A stretch of DNA of 63,562 nucleotides, the filler included, from Circinaria calcarea (taxonomy: Eukaryota): NCBI GenBank assembly GCA_051942165.1. It is 16 parts of 16 records of this genome, joined end to end, with 100 filler letters (N's around TTAATTAATTAA, not from the genome) between each part and the next. Parts side by side here need not be neighbours in the genome. Positions count along the whole stretch, not along the records: positions 23,943 to 27,820 come from JAVECS010002571.1; positions 27,921 to 31,796 come from JAVECS010002572.1; positions 31,897 to 35,772 come from JAVECS010002573.1; positions 35,873 to 39,745 come from JAVECS010002574.1; 12 more parts are not named here. The stretch is one strand, 5' to 3'. Below are positions 24,732-36,839 of the stretch, piece by piece; the stretch's first letter is position 1, and each line of letters opens with the position of its first letter. The notes under the pieces are model-generated. The model made no database searches, was not told the DNA's origin, and saw nothing but the letters and a program-made list of their open reading frames with translations. The position numbers and the translations under genes were made by a program.

Positions 24732-26910
24732 ATGAGCAAAGACATGCGTCACGACCCTGAAAATCATATCTCAACTTCCAACGGTGCGAGGTTCAACGGG
24801 AATGGCTCGTCAATCCCGCCCCTTCAGAAGACCAAGTTAGCGGCTTCTACCAACGGACACTCCTACGGGCTAAACGGCCATTCGACCAACTACACAAATG
24901 GATCCACGCCTGTGACTGCAAAATTAAGGCGGTCGAGCTACTATGGGCATGATCGGGAGGAAGTTACGCGGCTCATGATACAGGGACTGAATGATTTGGG
25001 TTATCGAGATGCCGCGGCTAGACTCGTTCATGAAAGCGGGTACGAACTCGAATCTCCATCGGTTGCGGCCTTTCGCCATGCTGTTCTTGAGGGGGAATGG
25101 ACAGAAGCAGAAGGTCTGTTGTTTGGCACCTTGCCATCCGATTCCGGTGGAGGTGTCAGCTTAAGTAATGGGAATTTGGTACACCATCAGGGTCTCCTTT
25201 TAGCACAGGGAGCAGACAAAGACGAGCTGAAATTTCAACTGCGGAAGCAGAAATATCTTGAGCTGCTTGAAGATCGAGACCTTGGGGGTGCCTTGATGGT
25301 CCTGCGGCAAGAGCTGACCCCTTTAAATCAAGATATTGCGCAGCTGCATGTTTTATCAAGGTACGTACGCAGCCTAATATCCCATTTGGTGCGATTTATG
25401 TGTTATCTTGACGGGTAGTGTTTGAGTTTATACTGATACACCACAGCTTGATCGTTTGCCAGTCAGCCGATGATCTCAAGGTGCAAGCTTCTTGGGATGG
25501 TGCCGGCGGCTCCTCTCGAAGCACTCTGCTGTCTGAGTTGTCAAGTAAGATTATCTCCTAACAGAGAGACAAAAGCTCAATCTCATGGCTTTATGCAGAA
25601 TCGATATCGCCATCGGTTATGATACCAGATCACCGACTAGCGGTGTTGCTCGATCAGGTCAAACGGAATCAAATATCTCAATGCCTCTATCATAATCCCA
25701 CCACGTCACCCTCACTCTTCTCAGATCACATTTGTGACCGGAGTCAATTTCCACTCCAAACAGTCCTCGAACTTTCAAACAATGAGGATCAAGTATGGTT
25801 TCTTGAATTTTCCCATGATGGCAGGAGGCTAGCAACCTGTGGAAAAGATACGGTTGTCGTGATTTACAACATGACCACCTTTAGGGTGCACCATTTGCTG
25901 ACCGAGCACACTGATTCCGTTGCCTATGTTGCTTGGAGTCCGGATGACACGAAGCTGATTACTTGTTCTCATGACCACAAAGCCAAGGTTTGGGATACTA
26001 CCGTATGTATTCCATTTTCATGGTAGAAGTATTTGCTGAACATGATCTCTACAGACTGGCCAATGCATCTTGACAATAGATCACCATATTGAACCGGTTA
26101 CAACGGCTGCATGGGCACCTACTGGCGACACATTCATCACCGGATCCCTTGATAAGCAATCGCAACTCTGCCTTTGGAACCTAAATGGACGAAATCTGTA
26201 TACCTGGTCAAGCGATTATCGGGTACAAGATTGTGCCGTCTCGCCCGACGGTCAGCGGTTGGTCACGTTTTCACCGGATAAGCAAGTTTTTGTTTACAAC
26301 TTCATCACGAGAGAGGAGGAGTATAGCTTACGCCTTAAGACAAACTTGACATGCATCAACATCAGTCGAGATTCCAAATACATGCTTGTCAATATGGAAG
26401 ATGGCGAACTACAGCTTTTCGATATCAATTCCGCAGAAGTTGTGCGAAGGTTTATGGGGCAGAAGCAAGGCAAGTTTATGATTCGAAGCACGTTTGGTGG
26501 AGCGGATGAGAATCTCATCATTAGTGGTAGCGAAGGTAAGGTTTAGCCCTCTCTATCCGGGCTTCACTACTAAAAAGCTTCAAACCAGATGGACGGGTTT
26601 ATATATGGCACAAGGAGAATGGTTCCCTTATCGAAACCCTTGAAGGTCATTCCGGAGGATGTGTCAACGATGTAGCATGGAATCCGGCTGATTCGTGCAT
26701 GTTTGCTTCGGCAGGAGATGACAAGAAAGTCCGGATGTATGTGGACTTGGAGTTTTCCTTTATTACAATTTGATAACTTTTCCCACGTTGTTTTACGAAC
26801 TAAGGAGGGCTAACAATTTGACTAGATGGTCCAAGGAAACATCAACCCATCTCCAGCAACCCGGGAATGGCTATAACCGATCGTACAGTCCATCGGGGAC
26901 TTTAGTATAA
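24732..26910 (+). CDS. GID7: LisH-CTLH-WD40 protein, GID/CTLH E3 ligase subunit (GID7/WDR26); multi-exon, true start possibly upstream
   Basis: Motifs: DREEVTRLMIQGLNDLGY...ESGYELES...FRHAVLEGEW, KQKYLELLE..D...ALMVLRQELTPL, MIPDHRLAVLL, QCLYHN, FMGQKQGKFMIRSTFGG; canonical introns. Confidence 0.9.
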
Positions 26911-27920
26911 GAATTTTTCCAAGGCATTGTCTTCGGCTCAGTCGAAACAACAGTCTTCAACATTACTCGGCGAACCGGATCACCACATTGGGTTTAGAAC
27001 GAATCTTTGACGCTATACGATGCTTTTGTCTGATTAGGAGGATGGAGTTGGGGGATTTTTTTCTGTTGGTGCCAAACGGTCTTTGATTTTAACATTCTAG
27101 TTGCTTTTCCACTACCCGTTACCCCCCCCATTTCAAGTATACTGCATTGAACGGGCGGTTCATTTAGATGGGGGGCGTCGTACTTTGAGGCAAAGCGTAG
27201 GCGAGCGTGGAAAGAAAGGAGCTGGAGGAGGCTTTGCTTTGTCCTCTACTTACTTTTTTTGGGAATGGAATGATGGCAGATGGCATCTTATCATGATTAC
27301 ACCCTAGCCTAACCTAGCCTTTTGCCCGTAGAGTCGGATCCAATCCAATCCTATTCAGAAAAAATTGATACTCATATTAATCCATATCCCGACCTTCTTA
27401 TCTTACCTAGTTCCCTTCCTCCCTCTTTGAATCCGGCCATTCTGGAAACCGGAAATAATCCGTCATCACTTTCCCTCGCGTGGGTTTTCTTCGTTCCATT
27501 ATACCACCCCCTCCCCTTCCTTTCCATACTGCCCCCTTGGAAAATACATGCTGGACAGGGAGGGGTATATATCCAAGATACCTATTCCGTTCGCTACGAA
27601 AAATGTAAAAAATGTAGAATTAAAATCTTACAAAAAGTAAAAGTAAGTGTAGGTGGGTAACTAGCTAGTCGGGGATATAAAGTACATAGTCTAGCATTTG
27701 TAAAGCCATTTGTTATACTATTTGGTATAAAGGACATGGCAAAAGTATTCGCTTCCTTTCCTTCTCTTATGCAATCTTATCCTCCAATCTTATTACTTTG
27801 TACGGACTACAGAGTAAAAGNNNNNNNNNNNNNNNNNNNNNNNNNNNNNNNNNNNNNNNNNNNNTTAATTAATTAANNNNNNNNNNNNNNNNNNNNNNNN
27901 NNNNNNNNNNNNNNNNNNNN

Positions 27921-28721
27921 TATTGTGTGTTGAAATGGGTACGGCGTAATAGTCTGGATTCTGGTCCGTGTCGGTCTGGCCGAGTTGAACCCAATAGTCT
28001 TCACCGTTATCTCGGATGAGCATTACATAGGCTGATGCCACCGCTAGTCTTTCAGAGAACATTAGGCTATCGTCGGCTGAAAGTAGAAAAGAGATCCAGG
28101 AGTCACCCGGGTGGACCTTCATGATTGTCTTGCCAAAGAAAGTTTTCAGTTCTATGGACGTCTTGGTGAATGGCCATAAGTCTTTGAGTCCTCCTCGATG
28201 TAGATCAACACCTAACCCCAAGCAGAAGAATACAAACGTTACCCAGTTGCATCTTAAGCCGCCTGACTCAAAATCAAAGGTCGAGTTGATCAGTAGCCTT
28301 TGCACACTGCGGTCCCACCTCGTAACCACTGGAAGATTTGGTGGTAACAACCCCATCCAGGCAGCTCCAATTAGGCGGCTATCGACTTTGGGAATCCTTC
28401 TAGGTGCGAAAGACTCCAAGGACTTGCTAAAAAGCAGCACGGTTTCCCACTCCATCTCCGCCTCGTACAAGACCACCGAAACAACTCCAGCCGCTGGATC
28501 CACCATCAAGGAACAGAAGTGTCGCGCCTCATGAGGTATCATGTTAATCAGGGTCCGTCTGATCCAGAAGCTTTTCCCAGCATTCCACAAGAGTGGGAGT
28601 ACTCCAAGGACAGCAAGGGGAATACCGACATATGTAATCTATGGATGTAAGATTCCTATGCCGTAAATTGAGTTTCTGGGATTGAGCAAAAACTTACAAT
28701 ATCGCTTGCAGACTGGCCCAT
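27921..28721 (-). CDS. Conserved fungal hypothetical membrane protein, 3' truncated
   Basis: Spliced start MGQSASDI|ITYVGIPLAVLGVLPLLWN (GTAAGT...CATAG intron); frame open to the contig end. Confidence 0.7.
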
Positions 28722-29298
28722 GACCCCGAGAGCCTAATTGAGACTTCGGACTCTGCGATTATCAGCCTTATGGTTCCGAAACACGTCGAGAGCCCTGATT
28801 CATCCGAAGATGCACGTATGACAACAAGATCGTTGTATCCTAACCGAGGAACTTTGCAAAGACATATTTCTAGACAATCTGCCTCCCAGTAGGCTGTGCC
28901 TGGTGGCAAGTATGCCTTAATTGAGACAAGGCTAACTAGGCATTTACAGCCTCGTACACGTTCGAGTCCATCAAGAGCGCGCCCCGTTGCCCGCATTTCG
29001 TGTCACCCTACCAAGAGTCGTTAGTAAATTTAGAAGTTCAAGAGAACGGAATCCTTTAAGGCTGTAGTGCAAGAGTAATTCCCAATCATTGAAAGTGCAT
29101 GGGCTGGCGACCAATACACACTTAAGGAATTGCTTTTATATGCATGTTGATCCTATAGGATACGAGGTGTCGAGAGTGGTACAAACATGCTGAAAACCGC
29201 AGTGATTCTGCACACCTTAGTCTCGGTTATCTAATCTTTGGATACTTTGTTCGGATATGACCAGAAAAAGCTGAGTGAGCTTGATGACTTTCTTGACT

Positions 29299-30641
29299 TT
29301 ACATGTCCTTCACCCAACTGCCATCCTCCATCTTGCCTTCGCGCTGCCCTCCTTCCTCTCTCCATGTCTCAACAAGACCTTCTTTGGGATCCTCCTCCGG
29401 TAAGCCCCTTAGCCGCCTGACTTTCAGGACCTCGCCTCTTATAGCTTTTGCGCATTCCATCCTTAGCTTTACGGCTTCTTCGCCATACTTGAGGTTCTCA
29501 CTCAAGATGCCCATCTCGTCTCTTTCCATTCCATTCCTTCTGCTCTTATCTTCTTCAACTAATTTCTGCCATCTCCGCCTCAAGTCCGCAAAGGCTCCAT
29601 CGTCGCCTCCTATGTTATCACCAAACCAGATACCGACCTTCTTTCCGACTCGAGGTATCCATCTCGGCCATTCACGCGATTCGTGCATGATCTGTTCATT
29701 GCCTTCAAGCCATATTGGGACTATATCTGGGCATTCATTGGGCTCAAGAATCAAGCGCGCAACGCCCCATTTAAAGTATCGCATAGTCCGCTGGGGGTGC
29801 TGGTGGACACGGCCTTCCGGGAAGATGTGGACCCATGAATATCGACGCGATGGGTAGGACGAAGGCGCGGGGAACGTATCGACTCCATTGGTTGAATACG
29901 TCAGATGCGGCTCCGAAAAAGGGTCATTTATGTCTGGAGATGAGACAGACGAATCAACGTGGCGGGACACGGTAGAGTCTGCTAACGGTGCTCTAGGAAG
30001 GGTAAATGGAGGACGAGAGAGTAAACGAATAGTCTGCGTGAAGGTAGGTTGGAAAAGGCCACCGTGGGGAGAATGAGCGTATCGATGAGTCGGTAGTACC
30101 TGACCGAAAGTGAAAACGGTTGATAGAAATCTGATAATCTCCGTTAGACCGGAAAGGTAGCAAATCATTCAAAAGAATCGTACTTATTGGTAAAGCATAT
30201 ATCATAGCTACCAAGTGACCAGCGATGGTTGCCCGGATTAAAAGCATATTTAAAGGGAAGGGCACCCCACATGAAAGGGTCATCAATGCTAGGGAGTAGA
30301 CATCGAGTCAGCTTCGATGGCTGTTGCAGGTGCCATTGCCGAAAGAGAATTCGTGATACGTACGTACACACTAATATGATTAGATACTATATATACGGAT
30401 TAGCTGGGGAATCGTCGACCTCCAGCGCGCAGAAGGGCAAACCTGTAATAAGCCCTCTCTCCCTTTTTGTAACGTCTCGTCTCCGGTCTAGTAGGTCTAA
30501 GAAATGGTCTAACCCATGGACCTCCGTACTGTTTGCGCCGAACATGATGACCCTAGAAAGTGCTCCCCCAAGGCCCATGATGAGGGAGGAGCCGACCCTC
30601 CATGGTAGGCTGGGTTGGTCTGGAGAGTCGGCGGTCCCCAT
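29299..30641 (-). CDS. TAZ1: Tafazzin (monolysocardiolipin transacylase), multi-exon
   Basis: Motifs: RGLIT|VSNHISV|IDDPFMWG, RWSLGSYDICFTN, GQVLPTHR, WVHIFPEGRVHQ, YFKWGVARLI. Confidence 0.95.
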
Positions 30642-30976
30642 GATAATTCCACAGCAGCTCAGAGGTAGGAGACTAGATGCAGCAACATCAAGACCGCGAT
30701 AAATTTCTTTCGGTAGGGACTGAATAATTGGCCATCATGGGGGGAATAAAAAAATATGAGCTGTCAACAAACCTCGGAGCGTAAGGTTTGCGACAATGAC
30801 GTTTTGGCACTGGTATAGGCGTCTCGCTTCACCTTCCCATGGAACCCCAGCATGCCGCGTTATGGCTACGGGGTTGCGACTACTGTTGGAGGTCTTTGTA
30901 TCACCACGTACAGAGTAGATAGGACTATGTTACCGTTCTGAAAAAGAGCTTAAAGGTAGCAAGACATTATTTATAT

Positions 30977-31439
30977 CGGCGAATATCTGCCACGCACCCC
31001 AAAGATCGTATCAGCCACGCACCCATCAATAGTAAGTTATATGCGTGAACCTCTGAATTTAACTCCCACGCACCCTCGGCAATATATATAGAATTTGGGG
31101 GGGGTGGCACATTCCGGGCTCGTGGAGTAAGGTGAACGATTGTGCGAAGACTTAGGAAAAGGCGAAAAAGACATCCCACTAGCAAATATGGTAGGTAAAG
31201 TGTCAATACTTTCTCATTTATAAGCTATTTACTAACTATTCTAAGGTAATTACGGGTTAGGCTGCGGAGCGACTCCGGAGACTTCAGGATTCCGGCGGCA
31301 GGAATAATCGAAGGGGTGCGTCGGTGATAGAAGGGGGGGTGCGTGAAAGTAATAAGGGGTTAGGGGGTGCGTGGCTGATACGATAGGGTGCGTGGGAGCT
31401 CGGAATGGCATCTTTGGGGTGCGTGGCAGATATTCGCCG
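30977..31439. mobile_element. Non-autonomous Mutator-like DNA transposon (MITE), 463 bp
   Basis: Perfect 30-bp TIRs (CGGCGAATATCTGCCACGCACCCCAAAGAT at 30977-31006; reverse complement at 31410-31439). Exact 9-bp TSD TATTTATAT at 30968-30976 and 31440-31448. Subterminal CCACGCACCC motifs. Confidence 0.92.
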
Positions 31440-32021
31440 TATTTATATCTACACTGCGGTCTAAAACTGCTACACTGAGCCAATAAGTATGACATGTAGT
31501 ACAGCCGCCAAAGCATAGACTCTGGCACCCTGCAATACCTTAGTAAATTATCTAAATATGGTTACAGTCAGTTGATTTGCATCTTTTTCTATCGTCATCT
31601 AATCCCGCTGTAAGTGGGTCGAATCAAAGTGAAGGAACATGCAGAGGAGCTGCCAGGGAAACTAAGCTGCCTGCCCGCACTTCTTTTATTTGATACGTTT
31701 AAGCTCCGATAGCCTGCGGATTCCAAAACAGCCTTTCAGGGTCCCAGATATCTTTGAGCGCAAGCAGTTTGGAGTAAACAGCATCACCGTAGTAAANNNN
31801 NNNNNNNNNNNNNNNNNNNNNNNNNNNNNNNNNNNNNNNNTTAATTAATTAANNNNNNNNNNNNNNNNNNNNNNNNNNNNNNNNNNNNNNNNNNNNGGCA
31901 AGCGGAAGGGAAAGGGAAAGGGGTGGGGAGAAAATTGGGAGCAAGGCGACATGGGCATAGGGATAAGGGGGGTATTTTCATACGACGGGGGCAAACGAGG
32001 CTAACAGCGCCGTCTACAAAG

Positions 32022-32380
32022 GACCCTCATAAAAACCACAGACTATCTCGACGTCTTTGCGCGCTTCAAGCAAAAGGAAAACATCGAGGCCGTGGAGCGC
32101 ATACTGGCATCCCATAGCGAATTGGAGCTATTCGAGAGATCGCAACTCGGTTCGCCTTTCTACCCCTTTTCCCATTCATTTTTCCCAGATATATAAACCC
32201 CTCTTGCTAGGGAGGAAGGCCCAATGGCTAACGGCGCGAGTGTTGCACATAGGAAGTTTATGCTGCGAGAGCGCAGAAGAGGCCAAGACGCTGATACCGA
32301 GTCTGGCGAACAAGATATCGGATCTCGATTTGCAGGAGCTGCTGGATGATATTTCCAAGTTGAGGAATTTTGTGGAATGA
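32022..32380 (+). CDS. RPB4: RNA polymerase II subunit RPB4, C-terminal exons
   Basis: KTTDYLDVFARFK..ENIEAVERIL...LELFERSQL|GSLCCESAEEAKTLIPSLANKISD..LQELLDDI. Confidence 0.93.
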
Positions 32381-32816
32381 GCGTACAGGACAGGCGGATA
32401 GCAGGATTGAAAAATTTGGAAAAAAGGAAATGGCTACTATTATGGATAAAAGAGGGTCGTGGAAGGGTGGAAGGAAAAAGGGGAGGGGGGGAAATCTACA
32501 GGAGGCCGTGGCAGTGAATCTGTCTTGTCGTCAAAGTCTTCATCTTTTGTAATACCATTATATGGTTGAAAGAAAGACTGGCGTATCTACCGTGATGTAC
32601 GGACTGGTCCTTGTTTTGGGAGACTACTGCAGAGGTTCCAAAGGAGCTTACGAGGTAAACTTCATTACTTGATTGTTACGTCCATAAGAGAAAGGGAGGA
32701 AGCAGGACAAATGCATTGATACTCGGCAGAATTTTTTGAGTACAGTTATTAGCAATTGACTAGATGGCGGTTGCCAACAACGTTTACCAACGCCACGCTA
32801 ATGCTATGCTCTAATC

Positions 32817-33894
32817 TCATGCCGTGTCCATCTTGTCCCCATCCTCATCCATGTCCTTTTTCTCTTCCGGTGCAGGGGCACTACCGCTGCCGCTGGCCTC
32901 TCCATTCTGATCCAGCAGAGGCTGTGACTCTGCAGATTCCTCAGGTATACCTTCTAGGTTGGACTCTTTTGCCGCATCCTCCTTTGCTTTTGTCGCCTTA
33001 TCTTGCCTTGCCTTTTCCTCCTCCATACTCATTCGCAGTGCTAGTGCAAGCTCCGGATCGGTGCTTGGATCTACGCCAAACTCGAACCCGCCGCCGCTCG
33101 ACTCCCCGCCGCCATCAGTGCCATTTTCTCCTCCTCCCCTTGGTATCGCACCATCGCCGCTCAATATAGGGGTTGATACTAGATGGTCGCTGAGCAGATT
33201 TGGTCCCGGTGGAATGACGGCTAAATGCGATCCATCCCCTGACTTGACATTATCATTGAAAATCTCAAGCTTGTGGGTATTCGCTGGATCCAAATCACCG
33301 AACGCGATGAAGTCTATCGAGATGTTGTTCTTCTTCATACGCTTAGCAAGCTTTATCAAGCTTTTCTCGTCTTCTTCTATTGGGGAGCAGGTAAAGACGA
33401 TAATGCGCTGTCTTTGCGATTTGTTTTGTCGATGTTTGAGGGCAAGCTAAATCCGTACCTCATAAGCTTAAATGTAGCCTTCCGAGGCTTGTAGTGTTAT
33501 TCCAACATACGCCTGCAATCTGGATACCTGTAGCCAGATGTGTGCCGCCACGTATCTTTGTCCTATGCATTCCATCTAGAATCTTGCCAAAATCGGTCGT
33601 TAAAGTTACCAGGACTTCCGGTCCTTTCCCACCCATACTCATAAGTCCGACCGATGATTCTGGGTTCGCTTGCGTTTTGACAGAAAAGATCATGTTGACA
33701 GCGTCTGATTGAGCTTCCCATCTCGAGGGCCTGTAGCAACGGTCAGGAATGTCCGTTATTTCCCGAAAGAGGCGCTTACACATAGTCACCGTTTCTGCTG
33801 CTCTCGCTATTGTCAACACTATTATTCGATCAGTAAGAGTCTCTGAAGATTGTCTATCTAGTACTAACACGATCATCGTAGCTTCGAGAACCAT
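32817..33894 (-). CDS. RPN10: 26S proteasome ubiquitin receptor RPN10, multi-exon
   Basis: MVLEATMIV|VDNSESSRNGDY, NPESSVGLMSMGGKGPEVLVTLT, LALKHRQNKSQRQRIIVF, and the UIM DPELALALRMSMEEE. Confidence 0.97.
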
Positions 33895-34231
33895 TTTAGC
33901 GTATGTAATCAACGTTGTGAGTATTATGAGTATCTAGTCTTGAATTCAAAAGTGGTAGAGGCTAGTGAGGAAGAATTTATTGAGCTGTGGAGTGATATAT
34001 GTTCCGATGATTGGTTGATGATCTCAAACGGTACTTGGGAATGAAGCTCATAGCTCATACGCGCGTAATTATGTAAACGCGGCTATATTCATAACTTTAA
34101 ATTATGTAAGACAGAACTTATGAATTGCTTGTTTACTTCGAGTTCCCACTACTTACTTAAAGATACCAATACCAATACCGAATCCCACCACTTCGCTTTG
34201 AACCAAAGCCATTCAACGCTATATTCTGATT

Positions 34232-35424
34232 ATGGCTCCAGTAAGGACGAAGAAAGGCGAATGCGAAACCAACAACAACAGCAACGTATTATCGAGTCCG
34301 TCAGTAAGGACACCGGAGAGGAGCCCAATCAAGAAACCAATTATGATATCACAAGGGCAGAAGCAAGCATTGATTGACAATCTACAACTCGAAGGTACGC
34401 GGTACTTTCTAAATTTACTCTTCTCCTAACTAACTGCGATAGTAACGGAGCGCGCGAGGAAACTTCGTGCTCAGTATGCCTTACAAGCCCAAAGCCTCCG
34501 AACTCGCGTCGAATTACGTGTCAACCGCATCCCCACAGCATTGAGACGAGCAAACATGGGCGAACTTCTCGAGAAGCACATGGGGACGCAGAAGAAAGAC
34601 CGGGAGCCAAAACCTGCTATGAAACAAGGTGTCAAATCAACATCGAACAAGGCCCTACCGAAACCACCAACCATATTAGAAGAAAAGCCAGCCGCGCCTA
34701 TTTATCCTACACGGACCCGAGGAACGAAGCGAAAGAGGTCCGCTTCCCTTTCCAAATTTTTACCGTCGTACTAACTTCCCCCACCAGCGACGTCCTTATC
34801 CCTATCGACAAAGAAAACACCGACCCCATTCCAAACCCCAAAAAGCGCACCAAAACCACCACCACAACGACCAAAATACCGTCTCGTCAAGTAACAAACC
34901 CTTCCAGTGTCCTCTCACCCAAATCCTCAAACTCGCGCACCCTGCCCCACTCCCCCTTTCGCTCCCCACAAAAACCTATGTCCACCCGTCCCATCTCGCC
35001 TCTAAAACCCGCAATACCTCTCCAATCCACCTCACCCGCGAAGGCCGCCGCCGTAGCAGCAACATCCAACCTCGCCACCCTCGTCACTGAAAAACTCAAA
35101 CCTACACGTGCAGCCGCCGCAGGCGCAAGGAAAGTCTCCAAACCCGTCGCCGAGCCCAAACCCGCCGTCACGCGCTCGAAGAAAGGAGCCGCGACCGCAA
35201 CTCTGGCTGTAGCTGTGGCTGTCCCAGCCAGTAGAACCGTCAGCGGCGCCAGCAACATCTCCGGGACCTCGACGGGAACGACGGTGGTGAAGAAAGCGGG
35301 CAGACCGACCGCCGCGGCGAAGAAGGGTGTGGGGATCAGTGCTGCGGGGAAGAAAGTGACGGCAACAAAGGTGGACGTACCGGCTCCGGCTGCGGGGAGG
35401 AGGGTTTTGCGGAAGAGGGCGTGA
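34232..35424 (+). CDS. Borealin/Nbl1 N-terminal-domain protein (chromosomal passenger complex), two introns
   Basis: QKQALIDNLQLE|VTERARKLRAQY..QAQSLRTRVELRVNRIP..LRRANMGELL; basic S/P-rich tail ending GRRVLRKRA. Confidence 0.85.
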
Positions 35425-36839
35425 GGGAAGGGGCAGGGGGGAAAGAGTGGTGGTAGAATTGCTGTGAGGGTTTTCTTGTGCGGGTGTTCTTGAGTATTCT
35501 CACAAACGTTAGTCTTGGATACGGCGTTGGATGAGGGAGGGGGTTTTTAGAAGTTATTGGGAAATGGAGTCTTCAGGTCTGTGGTAATTTCCTTTACGAG
35601 CACTGGTCAACGATGAAACCACTCTTCATGGAAAGTAAGGTTATGAGAATGAATGAATGCATTGTTACTTTACTTCTCCCACGGACGGTACTATGCACCC
35701 CATCATCTCAAGCATTCACACCAGTAATCCAGTGATCCAGTCTCGAGATGTGTCTGCATGTCAATGTCAAACNNNNNNNNNNNNNNNNNNNNNNNNNNNN
35801 NNNNNNNNNNNNNNNNTTAATTAATTAANNNNNNNNNNNNNNNNNNNNNNNNNNNNNNNNNNNNNNNNNNNNGACCAGAGGCACGTGTGTTGTGGACCGA
35901 AGAGACCGGAAAAAGGGGACGACCGATGACGGGGAGAGTGGCGAGGTGCCCGGGGATCTGGGAGGCTGGTTGAACCCGAACAAGGGGAACAGGATAGGCA
36001 GGTGCGTCGGGACGCCGGGAGAACGTGTGTTGGGGCCGCTGCTGCTGGAGACAATCTTCGGATGAGAAACCCATCCCATCATGCCGTAGTAGAAGGTATT
36101 AAATAGAAGAACTACCTGGTGGTTCTTGCCTATCAGGAAGGTCAAATGGTCCATTACAGCCGATTCAAAATGTCACCGCTGGCAACAAGCAAACTTGTTT
36201 CTGTATGGCGTGTTCTCGGTTCATTGGTACACGATCGTCTTCGATGACGGAGATTACAGGCCTATTCAGTGTGTTTGTTGCTGAGTTTGCCCATGACGCT
36301 ACATGTACTACTGGCGCCCCCCCCCCCGGTAAGTAAGAACCTTCTCTATATATCTCAGGCTTACGCTGTCTCTACCAGGCACCGTACTCTACATTACTAT
36401 TTCCTTTGGTATATATGATGAACTGTGTCTGAAGAATCTTTGAATAAATTTAACATTCTCGATTCGATCATCTCACTTGCATGCATTCTTGAGAGCGTTT
36501 GAAGGCTTCCTCGAGCACTAAAGATCCCGAATCTCGCATGCCTAGATCGGAACCGCAGGTAACGCCACAACAGCAGACCTTGCACCCTTAAAACGTGAAC
36601 CGGCCAGGTCGTACATCTGCGCCCGCCTAGCAAGCGAAAGGTGAGGCTATGCTCCAGATCTCAATCGTCAGCGGAACAGTGAGGGTAGGAGTTTATCAAA
36701 TGAATAAGGGGGGCGAATAATGACACTAGTATCTTAGCACTTTAGTCCGGGGCATTCTCGCATGGATTATTTTGCACGCCATCTAAATAAAGTTGCAGAT
36801 ACACTTCCACGTTGCGTTAACCCCCAAAGCTTCTGAGGC

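Noticed and set aside
35873..36154. MDHL… start resembling the N-terminus of HET-domain proteins
   Set aside because: Similarity is only a few residues, would need a frameshift, and the contig ends.
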